From positions 62,001 to 107,069 of the forward strand of contig JAHCIT010000011.1 of the NCBI GenBank assembly GCA_026129095.1: 45,069 nucleotides of DNA, read 5' to 3'. The notes below the pieces were generated by a model that searched no databases, was not told the DNA's origin, and worked only from the letters and a program-made list of their open reading frames with translations. The position numbers and the translations under genes are program-made. How positions within the stretch are numbered: position 1 is the first letter of the stretch; every line of letters starts with the position of its first letter. Positions 9,072 through 18,933 of this stretch are shown here, one piece after another. This DNA is from Deltaproteobacteria bacterium. Its GTDB lineage: Bacteria; JAGRBM01; JAHCIT01.

Positions 9072-9156
9072 TGGTGCGGATAGACGGACTTGAACCGTCA
9101 CGGGTTGCCCCATAGGCTTCTGAGACCTACGTGTCTGCCAATTCCACCATATCCGC
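9072..9156 (-). tRNA. tRNA-Leu(CAG)
   Basis: GCGGATA/TATCCGC acceptor stem plus A-CCA; D-loop GGAATTGGCAGAC; anticodon arm TAGGT-CT-CAG-AA-GCCTA; long variable arm; GGTTCAAGTCC T-arm; 85 nt. Confidence 0.97.
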
Positions 9157-9192
9157 AAGGGGCCAGTGAACGGCCCGTGGATCGCGGCGACT

Positions 9193-9220
9193 AGATTATC
9201 CACCGAAGCGGCTGAGTCAA
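9193..9220 (-). promoter_or_regulatory. Putative sigma70 promoter of tRNA-Leu
   Basis: TTGACT (9220-9215), 16-nt spacer, TAATCT (9198-9193), then a GC-rich discriminator, as in stable-RNA promoters. Confidence 0.6.
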
Positions 9221-9239
9221 TACCGCCGGAACCGCCATT

Positions 9240-11042
9240 TCAGGCGGAAAGCGCGTCCAGCGCCCTGATTCCGCGCCTGAGAGCCCACACGCCGGCTCCG
9301 GCCAGCCCCGCCATGCAGGCCGCCACCACCGATCCGATCAGGACCGTTTCGCCCCCGGTGAGCAGGCGGCCCCTGAGTTCCGCCGTGAACAGCACGTAGG
9401 CGGGCCCCGCCAGCAGGGTCATCACGAGGGCCGTCAGGCCCAGCGCCACGAGCATGAACACCAGCCCGCCGTAGCTGAGCGAAACCTGAGAGACATTCTC
9501 CGCCCGGAAGTTCGGATACATGGCGCCAATACCGATGCCCAGGGCCACGAGCGAGAACGACAACACGCCGGTGAAAAGCGGTCCCAGCCAGACCAGATAG
9601 GCGGGAACCTCCAGCAGGTGGTTCGAGGCGAAGATCATTCCCTGGGAAAGCAGCAGCAGCGGCGGGAAGTAGGTCCAGAACTTCGCGGCGATTATCGCCC
9701 GGGACGGTAATGCCGCCGTCCGCAGTATCCAAAACGACTCTCCCTCGATCGACACCGCCGGATAGGCGAACCGCATGATGACGCTCGTGAGGACGAACGC
9801 CACCATGCCCATGTTCAGGAACGAGATGGTCCCCCGGACCGGCGGCAGGTCCACGCCCTTCTGGAGATTCAGCGCCCATATGTTGAGGAGGTACACCGCC
9901 CCGACCGCCCCGATCACCAGCATCTGCGACCATTGTCCCGCATCGCGGAAGAAAACCAGCAGATCCTTTTCCAGGATCGGGCGAGCCTTTTTCGGGGCGA
10001 ACAGGGCGAGCCCCCGGGCAACCAGCACAATGCCCCGGTCCAGCGCCCGGCGAAGCCGGTCGGGCACCAGACGGATAAACCCGCTCCGCTTCACCAGTTC
10101 GCCCGTGTGGCCCGAATGGACCGGTTGCGCCTCCGGATCGACGCGCTTGCTCTCCTGCGTGAGCGACCAGCCCTGGAAGTAGACCCGCGCCGCCATCCAT
10201 TCGGCCACGAAATAAAGCGCCAGCGCCGTCACCGGCAGGGCTACTGCGTAAAGGACGAGCCAGTCCCCCTTCATCGCCGGCAGGCCGGTTCCAAAGGCCA
10301 GCAGTTCGGCAAACCAGGTGGAGGGCATCAGGGGCGAGCCGCCCACCTCAAGACCCCGGATATAGTCCTGCACCGAGGCGCGGGCCTCGGGGTCGGTGAG
10401 CCGCTCCGGCCTCAGGTACCGGGCGAAATAGACAAACCCGGCCGCGATCACCAGGAAAAACACCATCAGGATGTCACGCAGCCGCCTGGCGGGGAAGATG
10501 TTCACCAGCGCGAAGACGAGCATCGTCCCGGCTGATACTGGAAAGGTGCAGAAAATCACCCAGGCCACGAGCGCGCCGGGGTAGAACCACCAGGGCGCCC
10601 CCAGCCGGATTCCATAGGCGGCAAGGACCGGAGTGATGAAAACAAACATCATCCATGAGCTTGCGAGGAGCGTCTCCACGAACTTCGCCCGGAACACCGT
10701 CACGACCGGAATGGGCGCGGGGAACAGGAGATCGAGGTCACGGGAGAGGAAAAAGGTCGAAAGCGCGGAGATCACCGACGAATAGAGCAGAAGCGACAGC
10801 AGCAGGATGACGAGAATGGCCAGTATGTTCTTCGCCACCAGCGGCCCGACCTGCGGGGCCTGATCGAGATAGCGCAAGACGCGCCAGGTGCCGCCGAAGA
10901 TAAGCCCCCAGCTGAAAAGGGCGAGGCCGGCCAGGAACACGGCCCGGTAACGCTCTCCCGTGCGGTGCCGGAAGCCATTTCGCGCGCCCCGGATGCGGGG
11001 CCACAGGAGGTCAGGCAGCGAGGCGGCGCGAGGCACCGTCAC
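9240..11042 (-). CDS. Putative ABC-exporter-type permease, ~12 TM
   Basis: Many hydrophobic helices; FFLSRDLDLL, KDLLVFFRDAGQWSQ, RFAYPAVSIEGESFWILR, GIGAMYPNF. GTG 11042 overlaps the mlaD stop (GTGA). Confidence 0.75.
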   Translation of the reverse strand: MTVPRAASLPDLLWPRIRGARNGFRHRTGERYRAVFLAGLALFSWGLIFGGTWRVLRYLDQAPQVGPLVAKNILAILVILLLSLLLYSSVISALSTFFLSRDLDLLFPAPIPVVTVFRAKFVETLLASSWMMFVFITPVLAAYGIRLGAPWWFYPGALVAWVIFCTFPVSAGTMLVFALVNIFPARRLRDILMVFFLVIAAGFVYFARYLRPERLTDPEARASVQDYIRGLEVGGSPLMPSTWFAELLAFGTGLPAMKGDWLVLYAVALPVTALALYFVAEWMAARVYFQGWSLTQESKRVDPEAQPVHSGHTGELVKRSGFIRLVPDRLRRALDRGIVLVARGLALFAPKKARPILEKDLLVFFRDAGQWSQMLVIGAVGAVYLLNIWALNLQKGVDLPPVRGTISFLNMGMVAFVLTSVIMRFAYPAVSIEGESFWILRTAALPSRAIIAAKFWTYFPPLLLLSQGMIFASNHLLEVPAYLVWLGPLFTGVLSFSLVALGIGIGAMYPNFRAENVSQVSLSYGGLVFMLVALGLTALVMTLLAGPAYVLFTAELRGRLLTGGETVLIGSVVAACMAGLAGAGVWALRRGIRALDALSA

Positions 11043-12148
11043 TTCTGGTCCTTCCGCGCCTCTTCCTGTGCGCCGGAAATCATCTGGCGGATCAGGAACC
11101 GGCTCCACGCGCTCCGGTTGGCCCCTCCCAGAAGTGCGCGCATGTCCTCGTACAGGGCGGGATCCTGGAGCAGTGCGCCCATGGTGCCCTTCCCTTCCTT
11201 CATCCCGCCCATCAGTTCGCGCAGATCGGCACTCGTCGCCTTCAGGTTCCGCGCCGTCTGGGCCAGCTCGCCCACGACGTTCTGTTCCTCGCCTGCGTAG
11301 ATCAGCTCATGCAGGATTCCCTTGCCGGTCCTGATGTCCCCGACCAGGCCAGAGAGTGTCGCGGCGAAAGCCGACAGATTGTCCATCGCTTCGGTGAACT
11401 TGGTCCCGTAGATCATCGTGTGCAGGGTGCCGGGGCCCTTCTTCACGTCGGCGACAATATCCTTCAGGCGGCTGGAGCCATCCTTGAGACTCGCCGACGT
11501 TGCCTGGAGATCGTCAAGCATCTGTTTCGGACCCTTGTCGTAGATCACGGCATGCGCGAGGCCCGGCCCCTCACGAACCTCACGGGTGATGCTTTCAATG
11601 TGCTGCATGGCGTTCGACAGGTTTTTGGCCGTCACCGGATCCAGATACAGGTCGATCGCCTTGGCCGCCTTCCCCGTCACCTCCTCCACGTTCTGGACGA
11701 TCTGCTGCCCCTTGGCGACGATCGCCCCGAAGTCGAGCGGATCTTCGCCGACCAGAATCTCTCCGCCCTCCAGCGTGCCTTCGGCGACGTTCCCCTGCTG
11801 GATTTCCACATACTTGTCACCAAGAAGGCCCAGTGTCCGCACCGTCGGAAGGGAGTCTTTCGCAAGACGCTGGCCGGTCCACCGCTCCAGAATCATCTCC
11901 ACGAAGACGCGGGGATCGGCGGGATCCGGCGGAAGATAGATGCGTTTCACCGAACCGATGTCGAGCCCGCGATAACGGACCGAAGCGGCCTCGATGAGAC
12001 CGGAGACATCCTTGAAGGTGGCCGTCACGGTCATGGTCGGCGCGAAGGGGTTTCTCCGGCCCCCCAGCACGACGATCGTGGCCATCAGGCCGCCGATGGC
12101 TATGACAACGAACAGTCCGACAAGCACGTTGGTTTTGGGCTGGGGCAT
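11039..12148 (-). CDS. mlaD: MCE/MlaD family protein with long helical C-terminus
   Basis: N-terminal TM, FKDVSGL...VRYRGLDIGSV, TLGLLGDKYVEI; repeated GxGxLxxLIY helical units. Confidence 0.9.
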   Translation of the reverse strand: MPQPKTNVLVGLFVVIAIGGLMATIVVLGGRRNPFAPTMTVTATFKDVSGLIEAASVRYRGLDIGSVKRIYLPPDPADPRVFVEMILERWTGQRLAKDSLPTVRTLGLLGDKYVEIQQGNVAEGTLEGGEILVGEDPLDFGAIVAKGQQIVQNVEEVTGKAAKAIDLYLDPVTAKNLSNAMQHIESITREVREGPGLAHAVIYDKGPKQMLDDLQATSASLKDGSSRLKDIVADVKKGPGTLHTMIYGTKFTEAMDNLSAFAATLSGLVGDIRTGKGILHELIYAGEEQNVVGELAQTARNLKATSADLRELMGGMKEGKGTMGALLQDPALYEDMRALLGGANRSAWSRFLIRQMISGAQEEARKDQK

Positions 12149-12182
12149 GGCGTTGCTCTCCTGATGCTTTCTTCCGCTCCGG

Positions 12183-12941
12183 TCAGGTCTCGCTGAGCGG
12201 CAGGGTGCCTTCTATGAATCCGCGCACAAAGGGGTCGCTATGGCCGCGGATCTCGTCGGGTGTACCGACGGCAATGATCTCGCCCCGGCGGATCAGCGCG
12301 ATCCGGTCGGCAACCTCGAAAACGGTCATCATGTCATGCGTAACGACCATGCTGGTGACACCTATCCGTTTCTGGAGCTTGCGGATCAGTTCGTTGATCC
12401 GGCGGGTATTGGTCGGATCAAGGCCTGTCGAAGGTTCGTCGTACAGAATGACCTCCGGGTCGGTAGCGATGGCGCGGGCGAGCCCGACCCGCTTTTTCAT
12501 TCCCCCGGACAGGTTCTGGGGAAAGAGGTTCTCGATGCCTGGTAAACCGACCATCTCAAGCTTTTCCTTTACGCGAACGGCGATTTCTCCCTCGGAGCAC
12601 AGCTCCTGCTCGCGCAGCGGGAAGGCGATGTTGTCGAATACCGAGAGCGAATCGAACAGGGCAGCCCCCTGGAACAGCATGCTGATCCGGCGGCGAACGG
12701 GGAGGAGCTCGTCCTCGCCCAGCCGGGTAACGTCTGCCCCCTCGAAGACAATACGTCCGCTGTCAGTGGGCAGGAAACCCAGCAGCAGTTTCAGCAACAC
12801 GCTTTTCCCCGATCCTGAGCCGCCAAGAAGGCAAAGCGTCTCTCCGCGCCGGACATCAAGGCAGATGTTCCGGTGAACCGGACGGGGCCCGAAGGCCTTC
12901 GCCACGTTCTCGAAATGGATCAGCGTTTCGGTTTCGGGCAC
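12183..12941 (-). CDS. mlaF: MlaF/Mkl ABC ATP-binding protein
   Basis: GGSGSGKS, FQGAALFDS, LSGGMKKRVGLARA, YDEPSTGLDP, VTHD. Confidence 0.92.
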   Translation of the reverse strand: MPETETLIHFENVAKAFGPRPVHRNICLDVRRGETLCLLGGSGSGKSVLLKLLLGFLPTDSGRIVFEGADVTRLGEDELLPVRRRISMLFQGAALFDSLSVFDNIAFPLREQELCSEGEIAVRVKEKLEMVGLPGIENLFPQNLSGGMKKRVGLARAIATDPEVILYDEPSTGLDPTNTRRINELIRKLQKRIGVTSMVVTHDMMTVFEVADRIALIRRGEIIAVGTPDEIRGHSDPFVRGFIEGTLPLSET

Positions 12942-12954
12942 GTGCAGCGGTCTC

Positions 12955-13803
12955 CTACAGCAGCAGCATCAGTATCTTGGTCAGCAGGAAGTCGGAAATC
13001 AGCGTAACCACCAGCGTCACCATGACCGTCACCTTGGTCGCACGGCCGAGCCCTTCGGTCCCGCCGGTCACGGCAAGCCCCTGGCGGCAGGCGATCAGCG
13101 CCACGAACAGGCCGAAGAAAATGGTCTTGGTGATTCCCGAAATCACGTCCTCGGCCCTGAGGGAACGGGTGGCCGTCTCGAAGAAGTAGGACGCTGTGAT
13201 TCCCAGCTCCGAATAGCTGATCAGCATGCCGCCACCGATGCCAAGCACGTTGGCGAAAATTGCCAGCAACGGGAAGCAGATCACGCAGGCGGTCACCCGC
13301 GGGACAACGAGATGCCGGACCGGATCAGCCCCGAGCCCCCGCATGGCATCCACCTGCTCGGTGACGGTCATGGATCCGATCTCGGCAGTAATACCGGCCC
13401 CGACCCGGCCGCCCACCAGAAGCGACGTCAGCACCGGGCCCAGCTCCCGGACGAAGGCGAACGATACTATCGTTCCGACGTAGGTTTTCGCACCGAACCT
13501 GGCGAGCCCTTCGGCCAGCTGAAGCGCCAGCACCATGCCGGTGAATACCGATGCGATCATGGCGATGCCGATGCTTTTGACTCCGATTTCATACATCTGC
13601 TCCATGAACAGCTTCAGCGGCCAGCGCCGTGTCGCCAGCCGGACGCATACGGACCAGAAAAGCTGCCAGACCTCGCCTACGGCGTTCAGCGTCGAAAGCG
13701 ACATGCCGCCAATCCCGCCCAGCGTCTGTTTGCCCGCCTTGCCGGCGAACACGGCGGGCTGCTGGATCGTTTCGAGCACATCGCGGGGAGTGGGTATCTC
13801 CAT
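12955..13803 (-). CDS. mlaE: MlaE ABC permease
   Basis: RELGPVLTSLLVGGRVGAGITAEIGSMTVTEQVDAM; probable ATG 13803. Confidence 0.92.
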   Translation of the reverse strand: MEIPTPRDVLETIQQPAVFAGKAGKQTLGGIGGMSLSTLNAVGEVWQLFWSVCVRLATRRWPLKLFMEQMYEIGVKSIGIAMIASVFTGMVLALQLAEGLARFGAKTYVGTIVSFAFVRELGPVLTSLLVGGRVGAGITAEIGSMTVTEQVDAMRGLGADPVRHLVVPRVTACVICFPLLAIFANVLGIGGGMLISYSELGITASYFFETATRSLRAEDVISGITKTIFFGLFVALIACRQGLAVTGGTEGLGRATKVTVMVTLVVTLISDFLLTKILMLLL

Positions 13804-13804
13804 C

Positions 13805-14326
13805 TCAGCGAAGATCCTCAAAGCCGTCTATGAACTTCAGGCAGGTTTCCCGCACCGTTTCGAACCGTTCAGGCTGTGCGGTACAGGAAAAATCGAAAAT
13901 GCAGGCGTCCTTCTTCAGGACACGGATGTACAGCCGCACCGGTACGCCATCGAGTTTTCCGTCCAGTTCCAGTTCGTAAGCCTCGCGGCCGGCCATCGGC
14001 AGGATGCCCTCACGCAGCTTCTGGCGGCCAGTGATTCCCCACAGGAGGTTTTCGGCCAGCCTCCTCAGGGGGGAATCTTCGTACCGGTTGCAGGTGGAGT
14101 TGGCCGACAATACGGCACCCGACTCCGGGTGGCGGAACAGCACATCGCCCCAGTCGGCGGTTTTGCCCGGCTCCCACGGTTCGCCCGGTTCGCCGATGCG
14201 GTATTTCACGACATCCCGGGTCACGACACCGTCGCTGTAGCGGGCACGGGGAGTCGCGCAGGAAAGAGCGAACAGGAGCGCCAGGCCCAGCATCCCAAAC
14301 CGCAGAATTGCCCGTATTTTCAACAC
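13805..14326 (-). CDS. Hypothetical lipoprotein upstream of mlaE
   Basis: Lipobox LFALSC after a hydrophobic stretch; stop immediately before the mlaE start. Confidence 0.7.
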   Translation of the reverse strand: MLKIRAILRFGMLGLALLFALSCATPRARYSDGVVTRDVVKYRIGEPGEPWEPGKTADWGDVLFRHPESGAVLSANSTCNRYEDSPLRRLAENLLWGITGRQKLREGILPMAGREAYELELDGKLDGVPVRLYIRVLKKDACIFDFSCTAQPERFETVRETCLKFIDGFEDLR

Positions 14327-14390
14327 AATCGGGAATTTAACCGGTCAGAACAGGGATGAGTAGTGCGAATGCCTCCCCCGCAGTTGCCTT

Positions 14391-15374
14391 TCACTTGCCC
14401 CGCGCCAGCGGTTCCATCCACCGGAGACGCGCCAGGTAGTCAGCCGGACGGACGAGGTCGATGCTTTCGCGAGCCAGCTCCGGAATCCGGCGTTTCAGAA
14501 CCCTGACCGTCGAGGGCCTGGGGTGCCCGATGGCGATGGCGTGGCCCCGGCGCCGGGCAAGCCGGAGAAGCTCCTGGTACTGCTTGTCAACCGCCTTTTC
14601 GTCCGGATCGTCGTCCAGAAACACATTCCGCCCAAGCGCTGGGATGCCAAGATCAATGGCGGCCTCATATGCCTTGGAAGAACCGATGGTGCGGGAATCC
14701 AGGAAAAAGAGCCCCGTCCCCGCCAGCGGCTTCAGCGCGGCCCGTATCTTCTGGAGATCCGACGTGAGCGCCGAACCCATGTGGTTGTTCACCCCCGATG
14801 GACGAACCTTCACAAGTGCCTCCCGCACACGGCGCGTGATCTCCTCGTCCGGCATGGACCTGAGAAGGCAGTCTGGGCAGGGATCAGGGTTCGGCCAGCC
14901 GCGGTACTCCATTGGCATATGCAGCATGTACTGGCGTCCGTCAGCCTGAAGGAGCCCGAGCGCCTCTTCGGTACCGGGGGCGTTGGGGAGCACCGAATAA
15001 GTAAGATCCGGATGGAGCGGAAGCAGCTCCCTGAACTCCGGCATGTAGTGCCCCACATCGTCAATCACGATGAGAACAAACGGACGTCCCGGCATCCGCC
15101 GGATTTCCGGCGGGGCGTCCGGCACGGGCACGCGCCGGGGCATATCGTCTATGACTGCCGGGGCATCATAGGCCGGACGCGGGAGTTCCCGGCCGAAGAG
15201 TCTGGAAAAACCGCGGGATACCCTTTCGGAAACGGCGCCGACAGTCCTTGAAACCGGACCGGACGCCCCGATCCCAACGCCTGTCAGGAAGGCAGCGACG
15301 GCCACAACCGCCAGCAGGGGCGGGATGCCGCCCGGCAGGCGCGAACCGGCAGCCGGCTTGTTGCGTGCGGTCAT
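14391..15374 (-). CDS. Divergent polysaccharide deacetylase (YibQ-like)
   Basis: IVIDDVG, LHMPME, VNNHMGS, FLDSRT, RNVFLD, IAIGHP. Confidence 0.92.
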   Translation of the reverse strand: MTARNKPAAGSRLPGGIPPLLAVVAVAAFLTGVGIGASGPVSRTVGAVSERVSRGFSRLFGRELPRPAYDAPAVIDDMPRRVPVPDAPPEIRRMPGRPFVLIVIDDVGHYMPEFRELLPLHPDLTYSVLPNAPGTEEALGLLQADGRQYMLHMPMEYRGWPNPDPCPDCLLRSMPDEEITRRVREALVKVRPSGVNNHMGSALTSDLQKIRAALKPLAGTGLFFLDSRTIGSSKAYEAAIDLGIPALGRNVFLDDDPDEKAVDKQYQELLRLARRRGHAIAIGHPRPSTVRVLKRRIPELARESIDLVRPADYLARLRWMEPLARGK

Positions 15375-15413
15375 TTTGGCAGCGGCCAGTCCTCCACCGC
15401 TATCGGCCTGCCC

Positions 15414-16751
15414 TCACCCGCCCTGCTTGCCCTCGCCCGTCCGGGGCGAATTGAACACGTTGTAGCTCTTCAGCACCTGGATCGCCCGCTGGAGCTGCAC
15501 GTCAATGGCATTACGGTCGGCCTGCGACAGCGATCCCGGTGCCGGAGTCTCCCGGACCATCTGCTCCGGATTCGCAATGGAACCGCGCAAATCGGACTCC
15601 TTGAAGATGCCGGCGGAACCCAGTCCGTCACCGGGAAGCGATTCGCGTGGAGTCACCAGCACGTCGGGGATGATGCCAAGCCCCTGGATGGAGTGGCCCC
15701 CCGGAGTGAAATAAAGCGCGGTCGTCAGCTTCAGGGCCGAACCATCCTCCTCGATCTCGACAATCGTCTGGATGCTCCCCTTGCCAAAGCTCGGCTCCCC
15801 CACGACGACCGCCCGGCCCTGGTCCCGCAGGGCGCCGGCAAGCACCTCGGAAGCCGATGCCGAACCGCCGTCAATCAGGACCACAACCGGATAGGTGCGC
15901 TTCTGGTTGTTCGGACGGGCATAGGCCTTGTAATCCTGACCCGGAGTCCGGCCTTGTGTGTAGACAATGAGGCCCGACTCCAGGAACTCATCAGCCACGT
16001 TGATGGCGGAGTTCAGAGTTCCCCCCGGATTGCCGCGCAGGTCGATCACAAGCCCCTTCAGATCCTTCTTTTCCAGCGCACGCAGCTCGCGGGCGAACTC
16101 CTTGTCGGTCTCTTCCTGGAACTGGGCGATCCGGAGACGTCCGTAACCGGCCTCGACGAAATCACCCCGCACTGACCGGGCCTGGATAATAGCTCTCCTG
16201 ATCTCAAAATCCCGCGGCTCTGGCCAGCCCTCGCGCATGATGGTCAGCCTGCAGGCGGTTCCGGGCTCGCCGCGCATCCGGTTCACCGCCTCCGCAAGAG
16301 GCATCTCGCGCGTCATCACCCCGTCAATTTTGAGGATCACATCGCCCGTCTTGATTCCCGCCTTGAAGGCCGGGGTGTCCTCAATCGGGGCGATGACGGT
16401 CACCTGCTCGTCGCGGGTGCCGACCTCAAGCCCCAGGCCGCCAAAGTTCCCCGATATCGCCGTCCGGAACTCCTTGAAACGGTCCGGGTTGAAATAGGCC
16501 GAGTGGGGATCCAGCTTTTCCAGCATGCCGGCGATCGCGGCCTCCACCAGATCCGAATAGGTAATGTCCTCGACATAGTGGTCCCGCACCAGCGTGATCG
16601 CCCGGGCCAGTACCTTGAGCTTCAGGTACCTGGGATCATTCGCAGCCACCATTGCCGCACTTCCCAGAACCATCGAGACGAGCAAAGCCAGCACGGCCAT
16701 ACGGATCAGGCGGCGGTTCGGTACTGGATGCGCGGAGGAGTCTTTATTCAT
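15414..16751 (-). CDS. ctpA: Carboxyl-terminal processing protease, S41 family with PDZ
   Basis: LDPHS, FGGLG, DLRGNPGG, SASASE, FGKGSIQ, GIIPD. Confidence 0.95.
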   Translation of the reverse strand: MNKDSSAHPVPNRRLIRMAVLALLVSMVLGSAAMVAANDPRYLKLKVLARAITLVRDHYVEDITYSDLVEAAIAGMLEKLDPHSAYFNPDRFKEFRTAISGNFGGLGLEVGTRDEQVTVIAPIEDTPAFKAGIKTGDVILKIDGVMTREMPLAEAVNRMRGEPGTACRLTIMREGWPEPRDFEIRRAIIQARSVRGDFVEAGYGRLRIAQFQEETDKEFARELRALEKKDLKGLVIDLRGNPGGTLNSAINVADEFLESGLIVYTQGRTPGQDYKAYARPNNQKRTYPVVVLIDGGSASASEVLAGALRDQGRAVVVGEPSFGKGSIQTIVEIEEDGSALKLTTALYFTPGGHSIQGLGIIPDVLVTPRESLPGDGLGSAGIFKESDLRGSIANPEQMVRETPAPGSLSQADRNAIDVQLQRAIQVLKSYNVFNSPRTGEGKQGG

Positions 16752-16778
16752 GGATTTATCCCGCAGGGTGCGGGGCCT

Positions 16779-18029
16779 TCAATCGGGCAGGAGCCATCCC
16801 GCAGGGTCGAGAGGCTGCCCGCCACGGCGGATTTCAAAATAGCAGGCGGGCCCCACCAGTGACCCGCTGTCGCCAACTATCGCCACGGGCTCCCGTCCCT
16901 GAACCCGGTCACCGGGCTTCTTCAGGAGCCGCTGCGCGTGAGCGTAAACGGTATAAAAGGTATCCCCGTGGTCAATGATTATCAAATTACCGTAGCCCTG
17001 CATCCGGTCGGCAAACACGACCACACCGGGGTAAACGGCATGGATCGGTGTACCCATCTCTGACTTGATGGTGACGCCATTATTGACGGTCACCGTACCG
17101 AAATCCGGGTGCACATAGCGGCCGAACTCGGAAATAATGCGGCCGCGAACCGGTCGCTCCAGTGCGCCCCGGAAGGATTCGAACTCCAGCGGCCTGCCCT
17201 GAGGGTCCAGAAGTGCCTGCCCACCGGCAAGTATCTGGCTGCGGATCCGCATGCCAATCGTTTCGATCAGCCGGGAGAGCCGGTTCCTTGATGCGGATAT
17301 TTCCTGCGCGGCCCGCTCATAAGCGATCCGCTCCTCCCGGATGGAGGCAAGAATCTGGAGCCGCCGGTCCCGCTCCTGCAGGATTTCCATCCGGGTATCG
17401 TCGAGCCGACGCATGGCGATTTCCCGTTCGATCTGGCGGGCCTCCAGGAACGCCCGTCCCTCGATCAGGAGCTGCTCGCTGCGCTCGTACTCCCGGAGCA
17501 GTTCCCGGTCCTGCTCGAGCACACGGCCCATGTATCCCAGCCGCCGCTGCATCTGGAGCGGTGATTCCGCCCCCAGCGCAAGCTTCAGTGTCACCGCCGG
17601 ACCGGCCTTGTAGATGCCGCGCAGCCGGACGGATATCCGGTTCTGGATGGCGGCGATTTTCCGCTCCAGTTCCGCGATGCTCACTTCCCGCTGGCGCATG
17701 ACCTCGTCCAGCGCCTGGATATCGCGCTCGATCCTGCGGCGCCCCCGCTCGAGCTGTTCCAGATCTTCCTCCATCGCATCGAGCGTGCTCAGAAGCCCCG
17801 CCTCTTCCTTCCGGGCCCGCCGGATATTCTCCCGCTCCTCGGCCAGCAGCTTCTGAAGGCGGGCCAGTTCGGCCTGGCTCTCGCGCTTCTGGAGTTCGAG
17901 ATCGGCTTCCTTCCGGGGTTGCGCCAGGAGCCTGACGGGGCCGGACCAGAATCCGGCAGCCAGGACCAGCATCACCAGCCAGCCTGAACGGCCACCCCCG
18001 GCCCGGCTCATGTGCATGGTCCCGGACAT
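16779..18029 (-). CDS. envC: Murein hydrolase activator EnvC (coiled coil + degenerate M23)
   Basis: Signal/TM, long coiled coil, GYGNLIIIDHG..TVYAH, YFEIR...LDP; directly after ftsX. Start uncertain. Confidence 0.88.
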   Translation of the reverse strand: MSGTMHMSRAGGGRSGWLVMLVLAAGFWSGPVRLLAQPRKEADLELQKRESQAELARLQKLLAEERENIRRARKEEAGLLSTLDAMEEDLEQLERGRRRIERDIQALDEVMRQREVSIAELERKIAAIQNRISVRLRGIYKAGPAVTLKLALGAESPLQMQRRLGYMGRVLEQDRELLREYERSEQLLIEGRAFLEARQIEREIAMRRLDDTRMEILQERDRRLQILASIREERIAYERAAQEISASRNRLSRLIETIGMRIRSQILAGGQALLDPQGRPLEFESFRGALERPVRGRIISEFGRYVHPDFGTVTVNNGVTIKSEMGTPIHAVYPGVVVFADRMQGYGNLIIIDHGDTFYTVYAHAQRLLKKPGDRVQGREPVAIVGDSGSLVGPACYFEIRRGGQPLDPAGWLLPD

Positions 18030-18034
18030 TGTCC

Positions 18035-18916
18035 CTATACCCTCAGATGCCGGCCGGCAGCGATCGTGCTCGACACCAGACCAATCGCCATGCAGGCCGC
18101 GATAATGGCCAGGATGGCCGGTAGCGGCAGGAAAACCAGACTCACATACCCGAGCCATCCCTGGAGGACCGCCTCGATCCGCGATGCCAGCACCAGAAAC
18201 AGGACCCCAAGCATTCCCAGGCCCGCCGCTGCCGCCAGAAAACCACCGATCAGTCCCTCGATCATGAAGGGAACCCGGATGAATGTTTCCGTTGCGCCGA
18301 CAAGCCGCAGGATTCCGATCTCGTCGCGCCGTGCGAAGATGACGAGCTGCACGGTATTGGTCACTGCGCCGAGCGTTATGACGAGAAGGAAAAGGCCCAG
18401 CAGCCAGCCGCCGGTGCGAATAACCCCGATAACAGTATCGTACCGCTCGATCCAGCCCTCTCCATACTGGACGTCCTCGATGTCCTCCATCTGTCCCACC
18501 CGCGATGCCAGGTCGCGCAGGGTCGCCGCATCACGCTGCTCGGCGCGGATACTGATCTCGATGGAGGCAGGCAGCGGATTCACCGTCAACCCCTCCAGCA
18601 CTCCGGACAGCGAACCCAGGTCCTCACGGAACCGCTTCATCGCCAGTTCGGGCGACACATATTCGGCCGAATGAACGGCCGGATCCTTCTGGATGCCGGA
18701 GATGATCCGGGCCGCCGACGCCGATCCGATCCCATCCTTCAGATAGGCCACCACCTGAAGCTCATGCCCCCATCGCTCCACGATCCGGTCCAGATTGCGG
18801 ATGGCGAGCAGATACCCGGAAAAGACCAGCACCATCATGCCGAAACCGGACACGACCCGCATGTGCAGTCCCAGTTCTTCCCGGAAATTCCGGAGGGCAC
18901 GGCGAACAAAATACAC
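18035..18916 (-). CDS. ftsX: Cell division permease FtsX
   Basis: NPLPAS, RRDEIGILRLVGATETFIRVPFMIEG. Confidence 0.93.
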   Translation of the reverse strand: MYFVRRALRNFREELGLHMRVVSGFGMMVLVFSGYLLAIRNLDRIVERWGHELQVVAYLKDGIGSASAARIISGIQKDPAVHSAEYVSPELAMKRFREDLGSLSGVLEGLTVNPLPASIEISIRAEQRDAATLRDLASRVGQMEDIEDVQYGEGWIERYDTVIGVIRTGGWLLGLFLLVITLGAVTNTVQLVIFARRDEIGILRLVGATETFIRVPFMIEGLIGGFLAAAAGLGMLGVLFLVLASRIEAVLQGWLGYVSLVFLPLPAILAIIAACMAIGLVSSTIAAGRHLRV

Positions 18917-18933
18917 GGAAGGCCGCCCCTCTT

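Noticed and set aside
9196..9204. DnaA-box-like TTATCCACC
   Set aside because: Single mismatched copy overlapping the tRNA promoter; no box cluster or origin context.
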